64,000 nucleotides of DNA from Octopus vulgaris (taxonomy: Eukaryota), in the NCBI GenBank assembly GCA_951406725.2, contig OX597830.1, positions 17,546,001 through 17,610,000 of the forward strand, read 5' to 3'. Below the pieces are notes generated by a model. It was not told the origin of the DNA, did not search any database, and saw only the letters and a program-made list of their open reading frames with translations. Shown here in pieces: positions 29,019-43,321 of this stretch. Within the stretch, counting starts at the first letter, position 1. Every line of letters starts with the position of its first letter. Both the position numbers and the translations under genes were made by a program.

Positions 29019-29520
29019 AGAGAGAGAAACAGAGGGATGGAGACAGAGCGAGACACAGAAAGGGAGAAACAAAGCGATAGAGACCGAGGGAAAGAGACAG
29101 GAAGAGGAAAAGAGAGACAATGAGAGAGAGAGAGAGAGAGAGAGAGTGGGGGATAGAGACAGAGGGACAAAGGCAGAGGGGCAGAAACAGAGGGTCAGAG
29201 AGAGAGAGACAGAAGGGCAGACAGAGAGAGACAGTGAGAGACAGAAAGAGACAGAGAGAGAGTGAAAGAGAGAGGGATAGACAGACAGACAGATAGATAG
29301 GGAGAGAGAGAGAAAGAGAGAGTGAGAGAAAGAGAGAGAGAGAGAGGCACAGACCGACAGACAGAGAAGAGATAGACAGGCAGAAACTGATAGAGAGAAA
29401 TAAAGAGAGAAAGAGTGAGTGACGAAGACGAAATAGAAATGTAGAGAAAGAAGAGAGAGAGAAGAGAGAGAAAGAGGGAAAAAGAAGAGAGAGAGAGAGA
29501 GAGAGAGAGAAAGAAAGAAG
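28940..29520. repeat. (GA)n and degenerate polypurine tract
   Basis: Directly visible. Confidence 0.9.
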
Positions 29521-29863
29521 TTGGGGAAAAAAGAAAAAGAGAAAAATATCTCATAGAAAAACGAAAACGTATGAGAAAAGATGGCCGTATTTGTTGACAA
29601 TCATGAATTTCAAATATGGGCGCAAACAGCTAAAAACATGAAAAGTCACAAACGAAGAAAAATAAACGAAAATGAAGCTTTCACGGGTGTCTCACTTAGA
29701 ATTACGTAAATGGGTGTATGTATGTATGTATGTATGTATGTATGTATGTATGTATGTATGTATGTATGCATGTATGTATGCATGCATGTATCTGTGTGTG
29801 TATGTATGTATGTAAGTACGCTTGCATATATTTCTGCGTGTATGTGCATATGCATATATATAG

Positions 29864-29909
<46 letters not shown>

Positions 29910-30063
29910 CGCACACACACATATAACTATATTTATTGTATACATACATACGCACACACAGAGAAAACCCTCAATTCACGTTGTCGACAGGTTGTTGAGA
30001 AATAAGACCATAAGTAATATGTATATATACATATATATATGCATGTGTGTGTATGTATGTATG

Positions 30064-30145
<82 letters not shown>

Positions 30146-30222
30146 TGTTGTAAGGTTTCAGAAAGTCGAATAGCACTCGATCAGCTAAGAGAGTAAAGCT
30201 AATGTTATAATAAAAACCACAA

Positions 30223-30529
30223 TTCTTACTAAATACAGCTGCACAGGGCTCCCTGGTCGAAACAATAATTTATTTCGCAACTTTTCAAGCTGATAAGAAG
30301 ACCGTTTGTCAATTGCATTTCCCCCTATTCCTCGTCTGTGATGGTGGAGCTGAGGTGTGTTAATTCGTGGGCTGCGTCTAGCTCGCAGTTGTCGATGATG
30401 ATGTCAGAAGAGTGCTCTTATCTGCTTTAAAAGGCAACTGACGAACGGTCTTGCTATCATCTTGAAAAATGGCGAAATAGATTATTTTTTCGACCAGGAA
30501 ACCCTGGATAGCTGTATTTAAAACAAGAA
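30223..30529. mobile_element. MITE/foldback element with ~95-bp imperfect inverted arms
   Basis: 30223-30316 is approximately the reverse complement of 30434-30529, e.g. TAAATACAGCT..CAGGG..CCTGGTCGAAA / TTTCGACCAGG..CCCTG..AGCTGTATTTA. Confidence 0.8.
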
Positions 30530-30699
30530 ACGTATACATATATCTACGGTGCAAAGTGAAACCAATTTTGCCAAAGGTCTAATGATATATGCTACAATTA
30601 CATTCCTATGGTATATTCTTACAGTATATTTCGAAACACAGAACATCAACAAACGGCTATCAATACACTTAACATAGATTATTAAAAAGCAATGAGATA

Positions 30700-31020
30700 A
30701 TTATTCAAAGAACCTGTCTGAGCTTTAATGTCGTGCATTATCTTTCTTCCGTGCTTATAATTCCTTGCAGAGTTGTATCCACTCGTTATTAAACTATTTG
30801 CTTTTGTACATCTCTATGTTTGAGAATCTCTTTCGGTGAAAATTGCTACAGCTTTATCATAAACTGGAAAACCTCAGATAAATTCTTTATTGTTAAAAAT
30901 CTATGGTGATTTTTCATCCTCGCTTATTGCCTTCAGTACGGTGCTTTTCTAATTCCCTGAAGTCCTCATTAGATATTTCTTCATTAAGATTCAAGTCAAT
31001 CCGTTATATTTTTTTAGTTA
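30700..31020 (-). pseudogene. pogo/Tigger-like transposase C-terminal remnant
   Basis: Broken frames give NEEISNEDFRELEKHR...WIQLCKEL..RKK...SSDRFF, resembling Tigger C-termini. Confidence 0.45.
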
Positions 31021-31262
31021 TTGTTTTACCTTAAAAAGGTTGCATCCCCATGAAGTAGACTGGAGGCAACATTCCCCTAACATCATCATGAACAACTGCA
31101 AGCTAGAATTTACACACCTCAGCTCCACCATCACAAACGGAATTTTGAGCTACAACGCCTGGCCATTCCATATGTATATATATATATATATATACATACA
31201 TACATGTGTACATCCAAAAATACATACATATATATGTATGTATGTATATATATATATATATG

Positions 31263-31654
31263 CTAGCAGTATAGTCCGGCGTTGCTCGGGTTTGTTCGAC
31301 CCTTTAGAATTGGAATTTTTGAAAAGTAAAAATTTTGCATTATGTAGCTTGTTATTCTCTTTAAGTGAACATTTTTCTGGTTGAAATACACCGAAAAATG
31401 GCGACACGGCAGTCAAAAAATCGTAAAAAATAAGGATTTTCATAGAAAAAAAAGCACCTTTTTGATGTAAATAATTTTTGGTCTTAACATGGTTCGATTT
31501 GAAATTTATCTTCTACGGAATGAAAAGTAAGCCTTCTTCTATCATACTCTCAATTTTGGTCAACTTGCGTCACAGGGCCTCGGAGGAGATAGTGTTAGTT
31601 GAAGGCTACCAAACCTGCCACACACAGACAACTTCAGCTTTATATATATATTGA
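31263..31654 (-). mobile_element. Non-autonomous Helitron, apparently full length
   Basis: Minus strand starts TCAATATATATATAAAGCTGAAG and ends with hairpin CCCGAGCAACGCCGGA followed by CTAG. Confidence 0.78.
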
Positions 31655-31658
31655 ATGA

Positions 31659-31690
<32 letters not shown>

Positions 31691-31850
31691 GTATATATAT
31701 ATATGTATATATATATATATTTATATATATATATAAAGTTAATCCAAACAAGAAAACACAGAAAAAAAGAGAAAAAAAAGAGAAAAAAGGGGAAAAAACA
31801 CAGCAACGCAGGACGTGGAACAATTAAAGTATTATTGACGCTCAGGAAAG

Positions 31851-31885
<35 letters not shown>

Positions 31886-32070
31886 CATACATTTAAATAT
31901 AAGTATATATATTTATTTCGTATATTTTCATCTGTCTTGCTCATTTTCTTACATTTTGGCGTTTTGCTGAGATTTTTTTTTTGAGAACACATTCTTCGTG
32001 GTAATGGCAATTTGACGTCTATGTTTAGCATACAGACTGTCCACTTTAGTGGTCATTCCTCTAAATTTTG

Positions 32071-32126
<56 letters not shown>

Positions 32127-32136
32127 CATACATACA

Positions 32137-32167
<31 letters not shown>

Positions 32168-32239
32168 GTACATGCATATATACATACATATACTAGATAC
32201 CCACATGTGAATAACAGAGCCAGCTTCAGAGACTACACA

Positions 32240-32557
32240 TGAAGGCGCAGTCTGATAATTTTGTTCTAGTGTACCTTCTTCAGTCGAATTTGCTTTTCTT
32301 CATCAGCAAATCTCAGCCTCTCCTTTCACCTTTTAAAACACTTGTATAATTGTAGTTTCCAAGGCAAACGATCATCAGCAATAGCCTCTCACTTTTTAAC
32401 GTTCATATAAAAAGACTATATGTCATTCTAATAGTTTTTTTGTACGAAGATTGTGTTGACCTTCTGTTCTCTTGTCAGAAGTCAAAGGGTTCAAGTATTA
32501 CATATTGAATGTGCTTTCAGAAACGAAGCTGAACAAAAGAGACACAAAAAGTACAGA

Positions 32558-32612
<55 letters not shown>

Positions 32613-33290
32613 TCTCTCTCTCTCTTTCTCTTGAACTTCTTAGGGCTCGGTGAAGGGGTGTGATGTCATCCAGTGGATTTAGCCATCGTTTCAGATCATA
32701 AAGATATGCTCACATTTCATGTCTTATCATCAGATTCGATAAAAAATATATATTAAAAAACTGCTTTTTTCATTGGTTCAAACACTTCCACAATATCGGA
32801 ACAGACTCTCACCTTTCTCTCTTTCTGTTCAGATGTACTCTTGCGATATCCTTTTTATAGCAAGCTTACAGAGTGTAATTTCTCTGTCCGCACGAATAAA
32901 TTCGTACACTTGCTCGTGTGAGAGGTCACGAGTGAAGACCTCCCACTGCCTGGTTTGTCTTCAGTACTGGTTTTCTCTTCTTTAAACTTCTTCATTCATC
33001 TGTGTACATTGTTTTTCTCAATGCAGCCGCCAGTTCTGTAAGGCAATATGTTGCCTTCTGTGAACGTCCAACATCCTACACCACGCCGTCGGCAACAATA
33101 ATGGTACGTTACTTCTGCTTGTTGTTCCTTATTTGTTGCAATAAAGAAGAACAGAAAGAAAAATTACAATACAAGAAATGGTAATATACTACCATGTACA
33201 ATTTAAGCGAGGTATGATACTTTATAAAAAAAAAATTATTGCCACTTTTGTTTTACTTTCGGTAGAACGCTCACGTTTGCGTATGTATTT
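32240..33290 (-). pseudogene. Degenerate mariner transposase
   Basis: MKKFKEEKTSTEDKPGSGRSS...EQVYEFIRADREITLCKLA (mariner HTH linker) and C-terminal RLRFADEE. Confidence 0.6.
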
Positions 33291-33517
33291 TGTATCGAGT
33301 ACATTCATTCGAACTGAGCTTGGGTTTCTATTTGGTATCGGTGAAGCTTATATCTGTTATGCACTAGTATTATTTTACTGCGTAACTAGGTTCAATCTCT
33401 GATCGTAATCCAAATGCTGCCCACAGTGGGAAAAGGAAGCAAATGTAATAATACTTTGAAGTTCTGATGCAGAAAAGGTCTAAGCCTATTTGGTTATTAA
33501 TATTGCGTGTTAAAAGA

Positions 33518-33895
33518 ACGGCGAGCTGGCAGCAAAATGCTTAGCGGTATTTCGTCTGCCGTTACGTTGTGAGTTCAAATTCCGCCGAGGTCGACTTTGC
33601 CTTTCATCCTTTCGGGGTCGATAAATTAAGTACCAGTTACGCACTGGGGTCGATATAATCGACTTAATACCTATGTCTGTCCTCGTTTGTTCCCTCTGTG
33701 TTTAGCCCCTTGTGGATAATAAAGAAATAGGTATTTCGTCTGCCGTTACGTTCTGAATTCAAAAGAGACCGATAGAATGAGTACTAGGCTTACAAAGAAT
33801 AAGTCCTGGGGTGGATTTGCTCGACTTAAAGGCGGTGCTCCAGCATGGCCACAATCAAATAACTGTAACTAGTAAAAGAGTAAAAGAGTAAAGAG
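33518..33895 (+). mobile_element. Chimeric SINE: family A joined to the family B 3' end
   Basis: Family A sequence to ~33762, then AAAGAGACCGATAGAATGAG...(TAAAAGAG)n of family B. Confidence 0.85.
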
Positions 33896-34309
33896 TATAC
33901 AAAATCCAAGCTGGAAGCGAACTTTCAACACGAAGTTTTCCATTAAACAATTAACAATTGCTTCTACACTGAAAATAAATAAATTAAATTTTCTATTAAA
34001 TAATAGGAAAAGAAACACCGCACCACTAATAAACATATGTGATGTATATTATGCGGGTGTATGCGCGTGTGTGTATGTATGTATATATTTATGTGTATAT
34101 ATACGTGTTTGTGATGAATCCCTAATCATTAGAACTAGAAATGATTAGCAAGTTTGTATTTTTTTTCGTATTTTTTATTTGGTTTGAGTCGAACGGCAGA
34201 ATTAATGAATTTCAGTGTGAACATCGTGAGACATTTGAATGTAATAACCTCTGTAATAGAGGTAATGGTGGGGTGGGAGTGGGGGGGGGGAATAACCGTG
34301 ATGGTGGAT

Positions 34310-34542
34310 CTCGTGATGATGATGATGATGATGATGGTCATCATCATCATCATCATCATGACAATGAATTGATGATGGTGGTGGTGGCAGTGATGATTGT
34401 TGAGAGTGGTTGTAGACGTGGTGGAGATGAGGGTGGTCTTTAGTTGTATTGCTGAGAGTGACGGGTGCTGATGAAGACGATGATGATGAGGATGATGATG
34501 ATGATGAGGAGGAGGAGGAGGAGGATGATGATAATGAGGATA

Positions 34543-34584
<42 letters not shown>

Positions 34585-34704
34585 TGGATTATGATGAAGA
34601 CGATGATGATGATGATGATGATGATGATGAAACTGATGATGGAGATGATGATGATGTCGAAGATGACGATGGTGAAGATGACGATGGTGAAGATGATGAT
34701 GATA

Positions 34705-34737
<33 letters not shown>

Positions 34738-34741
34738 GTAC

Positions 34742-34776
<35 letters not shown>

Positions 34777-34844
34777 GTACTGATGATGATGATGATGACG
34801 ATGATGATGTTGAAGATGACGATGGTGAAGATGACGATGGTGAA

Positions 34845-34887
<43 letters not shown>

Positions 34888-34978
34888 TTGATGAGGTTGA
34901 TGATGATAACAACAACAGCAGCAGCAATGATAATGCATATGATCAAGATTAGCATCAAATTATGATCACGATCAGAAT

Positions 34979-35033
<55 letters not shown>

Positions 35034-35035
35034 CT
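34310..35035. repeat. (GAT)n array with higher-order variant blocks
   Basis: GAAGATGACGATGGT blocks and GGTACTGAT blocks each recur. Confidence 0.92.
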
Positions 35036-35522
35036 CTGCTGTTGATATTATTAATAAGTTTTAATAATGGTAAAGATAATAACGATAATAATAACAACAA
35101 CAACAACAATATTAATAACAAACGATAATAATTGTTATAATATTGCTAATAACTGTAATGACAGTATAAAATAAAAAAAAAAGAAAACAAAAAGCGAGAA
35201 GAAAAATACATAACGTAGACTGATATCTGGTTACGGAAGTGGGGAGAGAAAGTTCCAGAAAAATAAAAGAACTACTAAAACACTCAAATACACCACGACA
35301 TATTTGGACTTGAACGCAAACACACACACACACTCACATACACACACACACACACACACACACATACACACACACGCACTTACATACATGAGCAAAATGT
35401 ATGTATGTATATATATATATATATATATATGTACACACACACAAAAGCAATAGCTGTTTTACTGAATATGCACGTTTGTTTATCGATTCTTCCGAAATGA
35501 TAGCATGCATTTATTCAAAGAC

Positions 35523-35597
<75 letters not shown>

Positions 35598-35975
35598 AAC
35601 ACACACACACACACATACAAACACACACACACACATACACATACAAACACACACACACACACATTCACATCCATGCTCTTATACACACATGTAGAGGCAT
35701 GCACTCACGCACGAATATGAATATGAGTGTCTATATGAATGCATACACACACGCATACGCACACATATACATACATATGTTGAACTCCATATGTTTCATA
35801 CGCACACGTTATATATACATAAGTGTGCGCATATATGTTTATGTATGTATGCATGTATGCATGTATATATATATATATATATTTGTATATATACATACAT
35901 ATGCATAATACATATATACATGCATACATACATACATACGTACATACATATATATATATATATATAATAAACCTT

Positions 35976-36025
<50 letters not shown>

Positions 36026-36584
36026 CATATATGCATATATATATATATATATATACACATATATGTACATCGATAGGCACACATATTCCTCACACACATA
36101 CACATACACACACACGCATATATACACGTAGATGTATGTATGTGTGTATGTCTGCATGTATGTATGTGTGTATGTGTGTGTATATATGTATGTATGTATG
36201 TATGCATGCATGCATGTATGTATGTATGTCTAAATCAATATAATTCTATAATTGCCGTGATGATTGTCATCTGCAGGGATTAAAACAACAAATTAATATA
36301 ATCCCTCTTTCGCTTTAATTCCCATGCAACGATAGAGATGACAATAAATTTCACTCATTGACAAATTGCTTAGTTTGTGGTGGTGGTCGTGGCAGTGTCG
36401 GTACTGTTGTTGTTGTTTTATGTAGTAGTAGTAGTATTAGTTGTAGTAGTAGAGGCATTTTTGTGGTATTGTAAATAGCTGGATTATTAGTTGGATAAAT
36501 AAATGTTGTTTAGTAGTTGTGGCCGGTTACTGTTGCTGTTGAGCGAAGCGGTCTTCATCCCAGAACTCGCAAATGGGAGAAGTC

Positions 36585-36907
36585 CTAAATGTGGTCCTTT
36601 GCTATTCGTAAGACCCGCAGAAGAGAAAGCAGGTCAACCCCCGACACCGAGAGCATCGACGGATGGATGAATGCGCATCCAGGCTCAGTGGTTGCGTAGG
36701 AAGTCGGGGACAAGAAACAGGAAGAAAGAGTGAGAGAAAGTTGGAGCGAAAGAGTACAGCAGGGGTCGCCACCACCCCCTGCCGGAGCCTCGTAGAGCTT
36801 TAGGTGTTTTCGCTCAATAAACACACACAGCGCCCGGTGTGGGAATCGAAACAGCAATCCTCCGACCGCGAGTCCGCTGCCCTAACCACTGGGCCATTGC
36901 GCCTCCA
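36585..36907 (-). mobile_element. SINE with family C head and an alternative tail
   Basis: Head and body match 16100-16286; 36585-36710 is unrelated to the tail of the 15899 copy. Confidence 0.85.
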
Positions 36908-36989
36908 CTACTGCTGCGGTTGCTTTGCTCCGTGTCCTCACTGGTCGAGTTGACCTTTATCCAAAGATCATTCTAGGCCTGAAGTTACT

Positions 36990-37402
36990 GGTTGAATCGT
37001 TAGCACGCCGGATAAAATGCGTAGCAATATTTCGTCCGGCTTGGTGCAGTGGTTGACTTGGCCTTTTATCATTTCGGGGTCGATAATTTAAGTTCCAGTG
37101 AAACATTGGGGTTGATGTAATCGGCTGGGTTGCTCCGACAAAATTTCAACCCTTGTACCTTTAGAAAGGATTCTTCTTATTGTTATTAAGGTGCTGAACT
37201 GGTAGAATCGTTAGCACATCGGGTAAAATGCTTAGCGGCATCTCATCCATCCTTACGTTCTGAGTTCAATTTTTACCGCGGTCGACTTTGCCTTTCATCC
37301 TTTCGGTGTCGATGAATTAAGTATCAGTGAAACACTAGGGTCGATGTAATTGACTAGTCCCTTCCCCAAAAAATTTCAAGCCTTGTACCTTTAGCAGAAA
37401 GG
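36990..37402 (+). mobile_element. Two degenerate SINE family A copies
   Basis: GAATCGTTAGCAC...GGGGTCGAT motifs occur twice. Confidence 0.75.
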
Positions 37403-37409
37403 ATTATTA

Positions 37410-38800
37410 TTATTTTTTCCTTCTTTTTTCAAATTTTCTTCCGTTTCTCGCCGAGTGTTTTCCGTACACCTAGGGCAGAGAAGCTCATTGTATGCATTCC
37501 CAGATTACACGCGCTAATTCACAGGTAAAATATGTATCTAAAAATTAATAAATATATAAATTCATGAATGAATGTTGTTTACACAGCGATAATACTCTTC
37601 TCAGTACATGAGCCGTTCCAGTTAATACAACTTTTTGCACTTCCTGTAGGGATGGTAAGCCTGGTATCATTTTCAAATAGGTTTCAGTACCTTTTTTTTT
37701 TTATCATTCCTAGAGATCCTACAATAACTGGTACTATAGTCGCCTTGAGATGCCACATTTTTTCAATTTCTGTTAGCAAGTGTTTATATTTACTGATCTT
37801 GTCAAATTCTTTCGCCGCTATATTGTGATCGCAAGGAATACTCATGTCAATTAATAAACACATCTTTTTTGTCTGATCTTTTATAATAATATCCGGTTTA
37901 TTAACTTTTATAGTTTTGTACGGGGAAGTCCCATAGAATCGACTCATTTTCTCCCTCAGTCACAACTTCACGATGGTGTTTATACCATTTGTCAGCGGTT
38001 TTGATTTTATAATGCCGGACATATTGTCCAATGTAAATACTGACCGACTCTGTCATATCTTGCTTTATATTCCACAGATGCTAAGACTCTACACCCTGAG
38101 ATTATGTGGCCTATATTTTCAATCTCATCATTACAGAATCAGCATTTTGGGTCAGCTCCATTTTTTATCACATTAGCTTGGTAGTTCCGGGTTAATAAGC
38201 TTTGATCTTGAGTAGCTAATATGAAACCTTCACTCTCTGCTTTTAGCCCTGAGCTTCGTAACCATTGATGCGTGTGTTTCTGGTCGACATCAGCTTGTTT
38301 GCTACGGGCCACATGCTTGCTATGCAGAGGTTTCTGTTCCCATCTGCTAGCTAATTTTTCATGTGCTTTTGTCTTTGCAATTAAGTTTATTTTCGTTGCA
38401 GCAGCAGTTGGCGCATTTTCTTTTCTTTGCAGCAGCCGTTGGCGCATATATTTATGTCGATTGGGGCAGTCATATCAATGAGGAGGCATGATTTTTGTCT
38501 GAAGTCTTTCAATATAATGTCTGGCCTATTCGCATCTGTTTTCCTGCCAGTTTGAATGATGAAGTTCGAGAGGAGTGAGATGTGATCATTTTCAAGCACT
38601 GGATGTGGTTTGTGTTCCCACCAGTTTTTATTATAGGGCAGGTCCAGGATTTTGCAAATTACCCAGTGAATATACTGTGCTGCTCTACCAAGCTTGTTGA
38701 GATACTTTGTTGGTGCAAGAGGACTGCACATAGAGACAACATGATCAATGGTTTCATTTTGTTGTTTACGTACACGACATGTTGGGCTACTCCAGTTCTT
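37410..38800 (-). pseudogene. R4/Dong-clade LINE 3' remnants (two RLE segments) with 3' UTR
   Basis: NKPDIIIKD...CLLIDMSIP...KYKHL..EIEKMW; LKAESEGFILATQDQSL; second segment ANRPDIILKD...CLLIDM. Confidence 0.85.
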
Positions 38801-39414
38801 TAATCTCTCTATTTAGGGTTAATTTTTTTGAAACAACATCGTCTCCGAGTTCTCTGAATGAAACCATTGCTCGTAACGTAGCTTCTTAAGGCTAATAAAT
38901 CTGTATTCGTCTGTATTTTACTTTATTTTTTTTTGATAGATTTATCTCCGGGCATAGTGTTTTGGGGGTGTTTTTAAACTTATGAATTATTCACTCTGTC
39001 TGTGTTAGTTCGAAAAATATAAAAATTTGTTTTGTTATTCATTTTTGCTTCGTTTGTGTCACGTACTTTCATATACGTGCATGTGTGCCCTATAAATTAC
39101 ACGTTGTTGTGTAAAAATTGGGTTGTATGTGTAGTCCTATGGGTATTAACATGTATGTATGATTGTGTAGACATTCGAGTGTATGCGTAATTAATCGATT
39201 TACTTACTGTGTTCTTCCACTTATATTTTATAATTTTAAACTTTCCGATATTGATTTTCAATGTGCTTTTTACGCATGTTTCACTGAGACATCGTACATG
39301 GGAGAAATTGTGCTTTGTATGGCAATAAAGTTTCGTTTTTGTGGTTATTTTCGCTAACAGGACGCTTCCTTCTAGTTTTCTGCAAGTTCCTTTATCCCAT
39401 TCTACCCCATTTCA

Positions 39415-39422
39415 TATTATTA

Positions 39423-39495
<73 letters not shown>

Positions 39496-39541
39496 TTTGT
39501 TGTTGTTGTTGTTGTTGTTATTGGTATTATTATTATTGTTG

Positions 39542-39594
<53 letters not shown>

Positions 39595-39960
39595 TTCATT
39601 AGCATCTTCTTTCAATTCTGTTTCCATTTCTTACCGAGTGTCTTCCTGACACCTAGGGCAGAGAAAGATACTGTATACATTGGTAGGCCATTAAAATAAT
39701 CACACCCGATTGTTCATTTACAATGTCATGTGATAGAGAAAAAGAAAAAGACAGAGAAAAAGGGAAAAAATAAAGAAAAAAGTAAGCAAATAAAATAAAA
39801 GGGAAAAAAAGGAAAGAAAATTCACAGCGACAATTCGCTTCTGAATACATGTGACGTACCAGTAATGACAATCTTTTACAGTTCCTGCATAGGTGGTAAG
39901 CCAGAGATCATTCTTAAATAATTTTCAGGTCCTTTCTCGATCATTCCAAGTGCTCCAACA
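39415..39960 (-). mobile_element. R4/Dong 3' end abutting a (TAA)n array
   Basis: VGALGMIEKGPENYL...KIVITGTSH; 3' UTR shares CCGAGTG..CACCTAGGGCAGAGAA with 37450-37485. Confidence 0.7.
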
Positions 39961-41375
39961 ATTATTACTATTTTTCTTATTATTGAGTCAAAGAGCAGCG
40001 CATGCCATCAAAGTGACACAGGGGTACAAATATACGAAACCCAATATGTCTATAATGACCACCCGTCTCATAAGGGTACACCAAGTACGCGCATCACAAA
40101 CACATATGCGCGATATGGTGATCTCATATCAATGTAATGACAGTTTAATGGACAGCGCATGACCTTACAGGTGGGGGCCAGTTAGAATTTCCTTCAGGTC
40201 GATTAGCCCATTCCACTCAAAAGGTCCCTGAATAAGGTTTATTTATGGATATAGTCTTAGGCAGATCTGGCTACTATTTTTGAATTTATTGTTGCGTAGT
40301 CAAATATTCATTTCGCAGAAGGTGGTTTTAAGAATCGATCTCAATGCTTAGTGTCTTCTACTAATGCCTTATGAGCAATATTTGGTCAGCGGAAACAGCC
40401 TAGAAACTTGTCTGAAGGATGGCCCTTATTATTGGCCGGTGGACTTAATCTATCACCAAACTTAACAATACCACCTGGTCACTGAGTATTTTTAGAGGAA
40501 TCTACACAGTTACTGGCAATTGGAGCCAGATCTCTGATCGAGAGGTCACCTCTTCTCTTCTTCCTGCTAGTTGAGGTAGTCCTTGGCAGGATCAGGGCCC
40601 TTATCTTTGCCCTTCTGATTATAACATACAAAGTATCAAGCAATTACATACAGAGTTCTTTGGCCCCTTATCGTCTTTAAAGGGTCCGTGTGTGGGGGTG
40701 TGGGGTGCGATGACGGTTTAATGGACAAATGCAGGATAGTTCAGTGTGCTGTGAGAGAAGAGAAAGGGATCAAGTGAATCGATTCCAGTATATTTTTGAT
40801 ATTACTTTATTGATTTAGAAGAAATGAAAAGCTCAGATGGCTTCATCGAGATTTGAACTTTCAATGTAAAAACGACGTAACATATTGCTACGGTATTCTG
40901 TGTATGTATGTTGTATTTGTGAATTTACGCGTTTATATGTGTATGTGTATATGTGTGTGGTATGCAAGTATTTTGCCGGACGCCGTCTGCGTATCCTAAA
41001 GCATCCACACTAACACACACACACATACAAACACAGACATACTACTTAAACCAAGTACATTTCTTTTCTTGATATCACTGTCTACTCTCTACACCAAACC
41101 ACTCGTTGCCGCAACCACTTGGCCAATTTTCCTCACTCCGCCAACCAATTATCACCACAACCTCTCCAGGAATAAGAAAAAATACCTTTAAAAACTTCAA
41201 AATAAAATGCACAAGGGAAGAAGTTACATTGAGAAACAATCAAATTTTTTTCAGACTTCAACAATAAAATCAACACTTTAGACACGACTGTACGTACATT
41301 CAACATCTCAATCCCCAGCACGCACTACAATGTGCACCTATCAACAAAGAAATTATAGACAAATTCAAAAGTTAT

Positions 41376-41747
41376 ACTCTTACTCTTTACTCTTTTACTT
41401 GTTTCAGTCATTTGACTGCGGCCATGCTGGAGCACTGCCTTTAGTCGAGCAAATCGACCTCGGTCTCTTTTTGTCGAACCGCTAAGTGACGGGGACGTAA
41501 ACACACCAGCATCGGTTGTCAAGCAATGCTAGGGGGACAAACACAGACACACAAACATACATATATATATATATACATATATACGACGGGCTTCTTTCAG
41601 TTTCCGTCTACCAAATCCACTCACAAGGCATTGGTCGGCCCGGGGCTATAGCAAAAGACACTTGCCCAAGATGCCACGCAGTGGGACTGAACCCGGAACC
41701 ATGTGGTTGGTTAGCAAGCTACTTACCACACAGCCACTCCTGCGCCT
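41376..41747 (-). mobile_element. SINE family B
   Basis: Near-consensus reverse complement. Confidence 0.9.
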
Positions 41748-42269
41748 ATATTTCATATATTTCATAAAGCAGCAAAAAGAAAGAAAATACAATTCCAATT
41801 ATATATCAGAATTAGCAAACCTCATAAAATCTGGAAGCTAACCCCAAATATTATATGCAGAAGCAATATAAGCAACTGAAATAAAACGCATCAAATAACC
41901 AAAGAGATGAAAAACAAAGCATAGAAAAATAGAAAACTGGCAAACAATTTTATGCAACGTTGAAAAAGCCCGTGGATTTAACTGTAAAACACTATGTATA
42001 GTAATTAAGAGCACCAACAACTGATATCACACCGCATGTCACATTAACAACCTCGAAAAGGAAACACACCACTCGCGTCATGTAACCATTCCTTTCCGAG
42101 ATTTCTCGAAAGTCAGTCATCAATATCTGCACAAAGAAGCGAAAGGAAACGAAGTAAAAATAACCGTTTTTCACATCGACCATGATTTTGAATCTTTCCT
42201 TCCATGAAACAGAAGCTACAGAGAAATATATTAACTTAAAAATTCCAAGGCTGGGAAAATCTCAGAAAC

Positions 42270-42830
42270 ATAGATCTAAAAGATCTAGAGCCTGAAGGCA
42301 TAACTGTGCTCACCAAATTCTACAACTACTCGTACCAATAGTGCCAAGTTCCGAGAATCTGAAATATTTGAACGATTCTAAAGGCAAACAAGAACCATCC
42401 ACGCTATAATTCTTAAAATTTCTAGCGCACAATGTTCTCTCACAGACTCAGAGCTCTTTATTCAAGAATCATACTACGCACAAACATAACACAAAATATA
42501 TGATGTCTTCGACACAAGACCATTTTTTAACGGTGCCATTCTAACTGCCGTTGACATCAGCAAAGCTTTTAACGTCACTCACTGTTGTGTGCTTAATTAA
42601 AAAAACAACTCAATAACATATTAAGGAACGATATAAAACGTTGGGTGACAAACTACCTGCCGAGCAACCAAGTCTACGTTAGTGTATAAGAACACTTCCA
42701 GAATCTGAAACTTCTCGAAAAGAGTACCCCAGAAACCCGTCCTCTCACTCTCCTTTTTCAGCCTATGCGTCTATGCGACATCCACACGCTTCCACACCTT
42801 CATATGTAGACGATGCTGAGGTCATATCTT
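42270..42830 (+). pseudogene. Old LINE reverse transcriptase remnant, clade uncertain
   Basis: AILTAVDISKAFN, VPQKPVLS and SYVDD occur in the correct order. Confidence 0.65.
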
Positions 42831-43321
42831 TCCATCATTTTCCAGGGTTGATCTGGGATAAAACAACACCAATACTACAATTATCATTAGCGAAAAGAGG
42901 TCCTGGTTCTGGTCCTTTGTCTTGCTAAAATTAGTCAAGAAATTTCTCTTAAATTACACCCCAACGTCTTAAAATACAGGACACACTGGATTGTCGTATA
43001 AGTTCTTATGAAGACGGTTAAGAATGTCTTAGATCTTATGTCTGCTCAGTCAGAGCTAAATAACGACAAATGAAGGTCCTCTATGTAGTCACTGAGCCTA
43101 CTAGAAATAGCAGCTTAGTTACTTTAATCACACGTCTTAGCATCTTTAAGAAAGGAAGGACTAACTGGATATTGTTTGGGATGGACGCGACTGGAAAACC
43201 TCTGACCAGGGTTAACCTAGGTCTAAATAGAAGCAACGGCAACTGCAGGATCTATTGATTTGAACGCCAACTTTTCTAACATCATCCTATAAATCAAGGT
43301 GCACACCCGTAGACACAAATA

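Noticed and set aside
34135-34965. Poly-Asp and poly-His ORFs resembling acidic biomineral or His-rich proteins
   Set aside because: Open in nearly all frames because of (GAT)n; no signal peptide or splice support.
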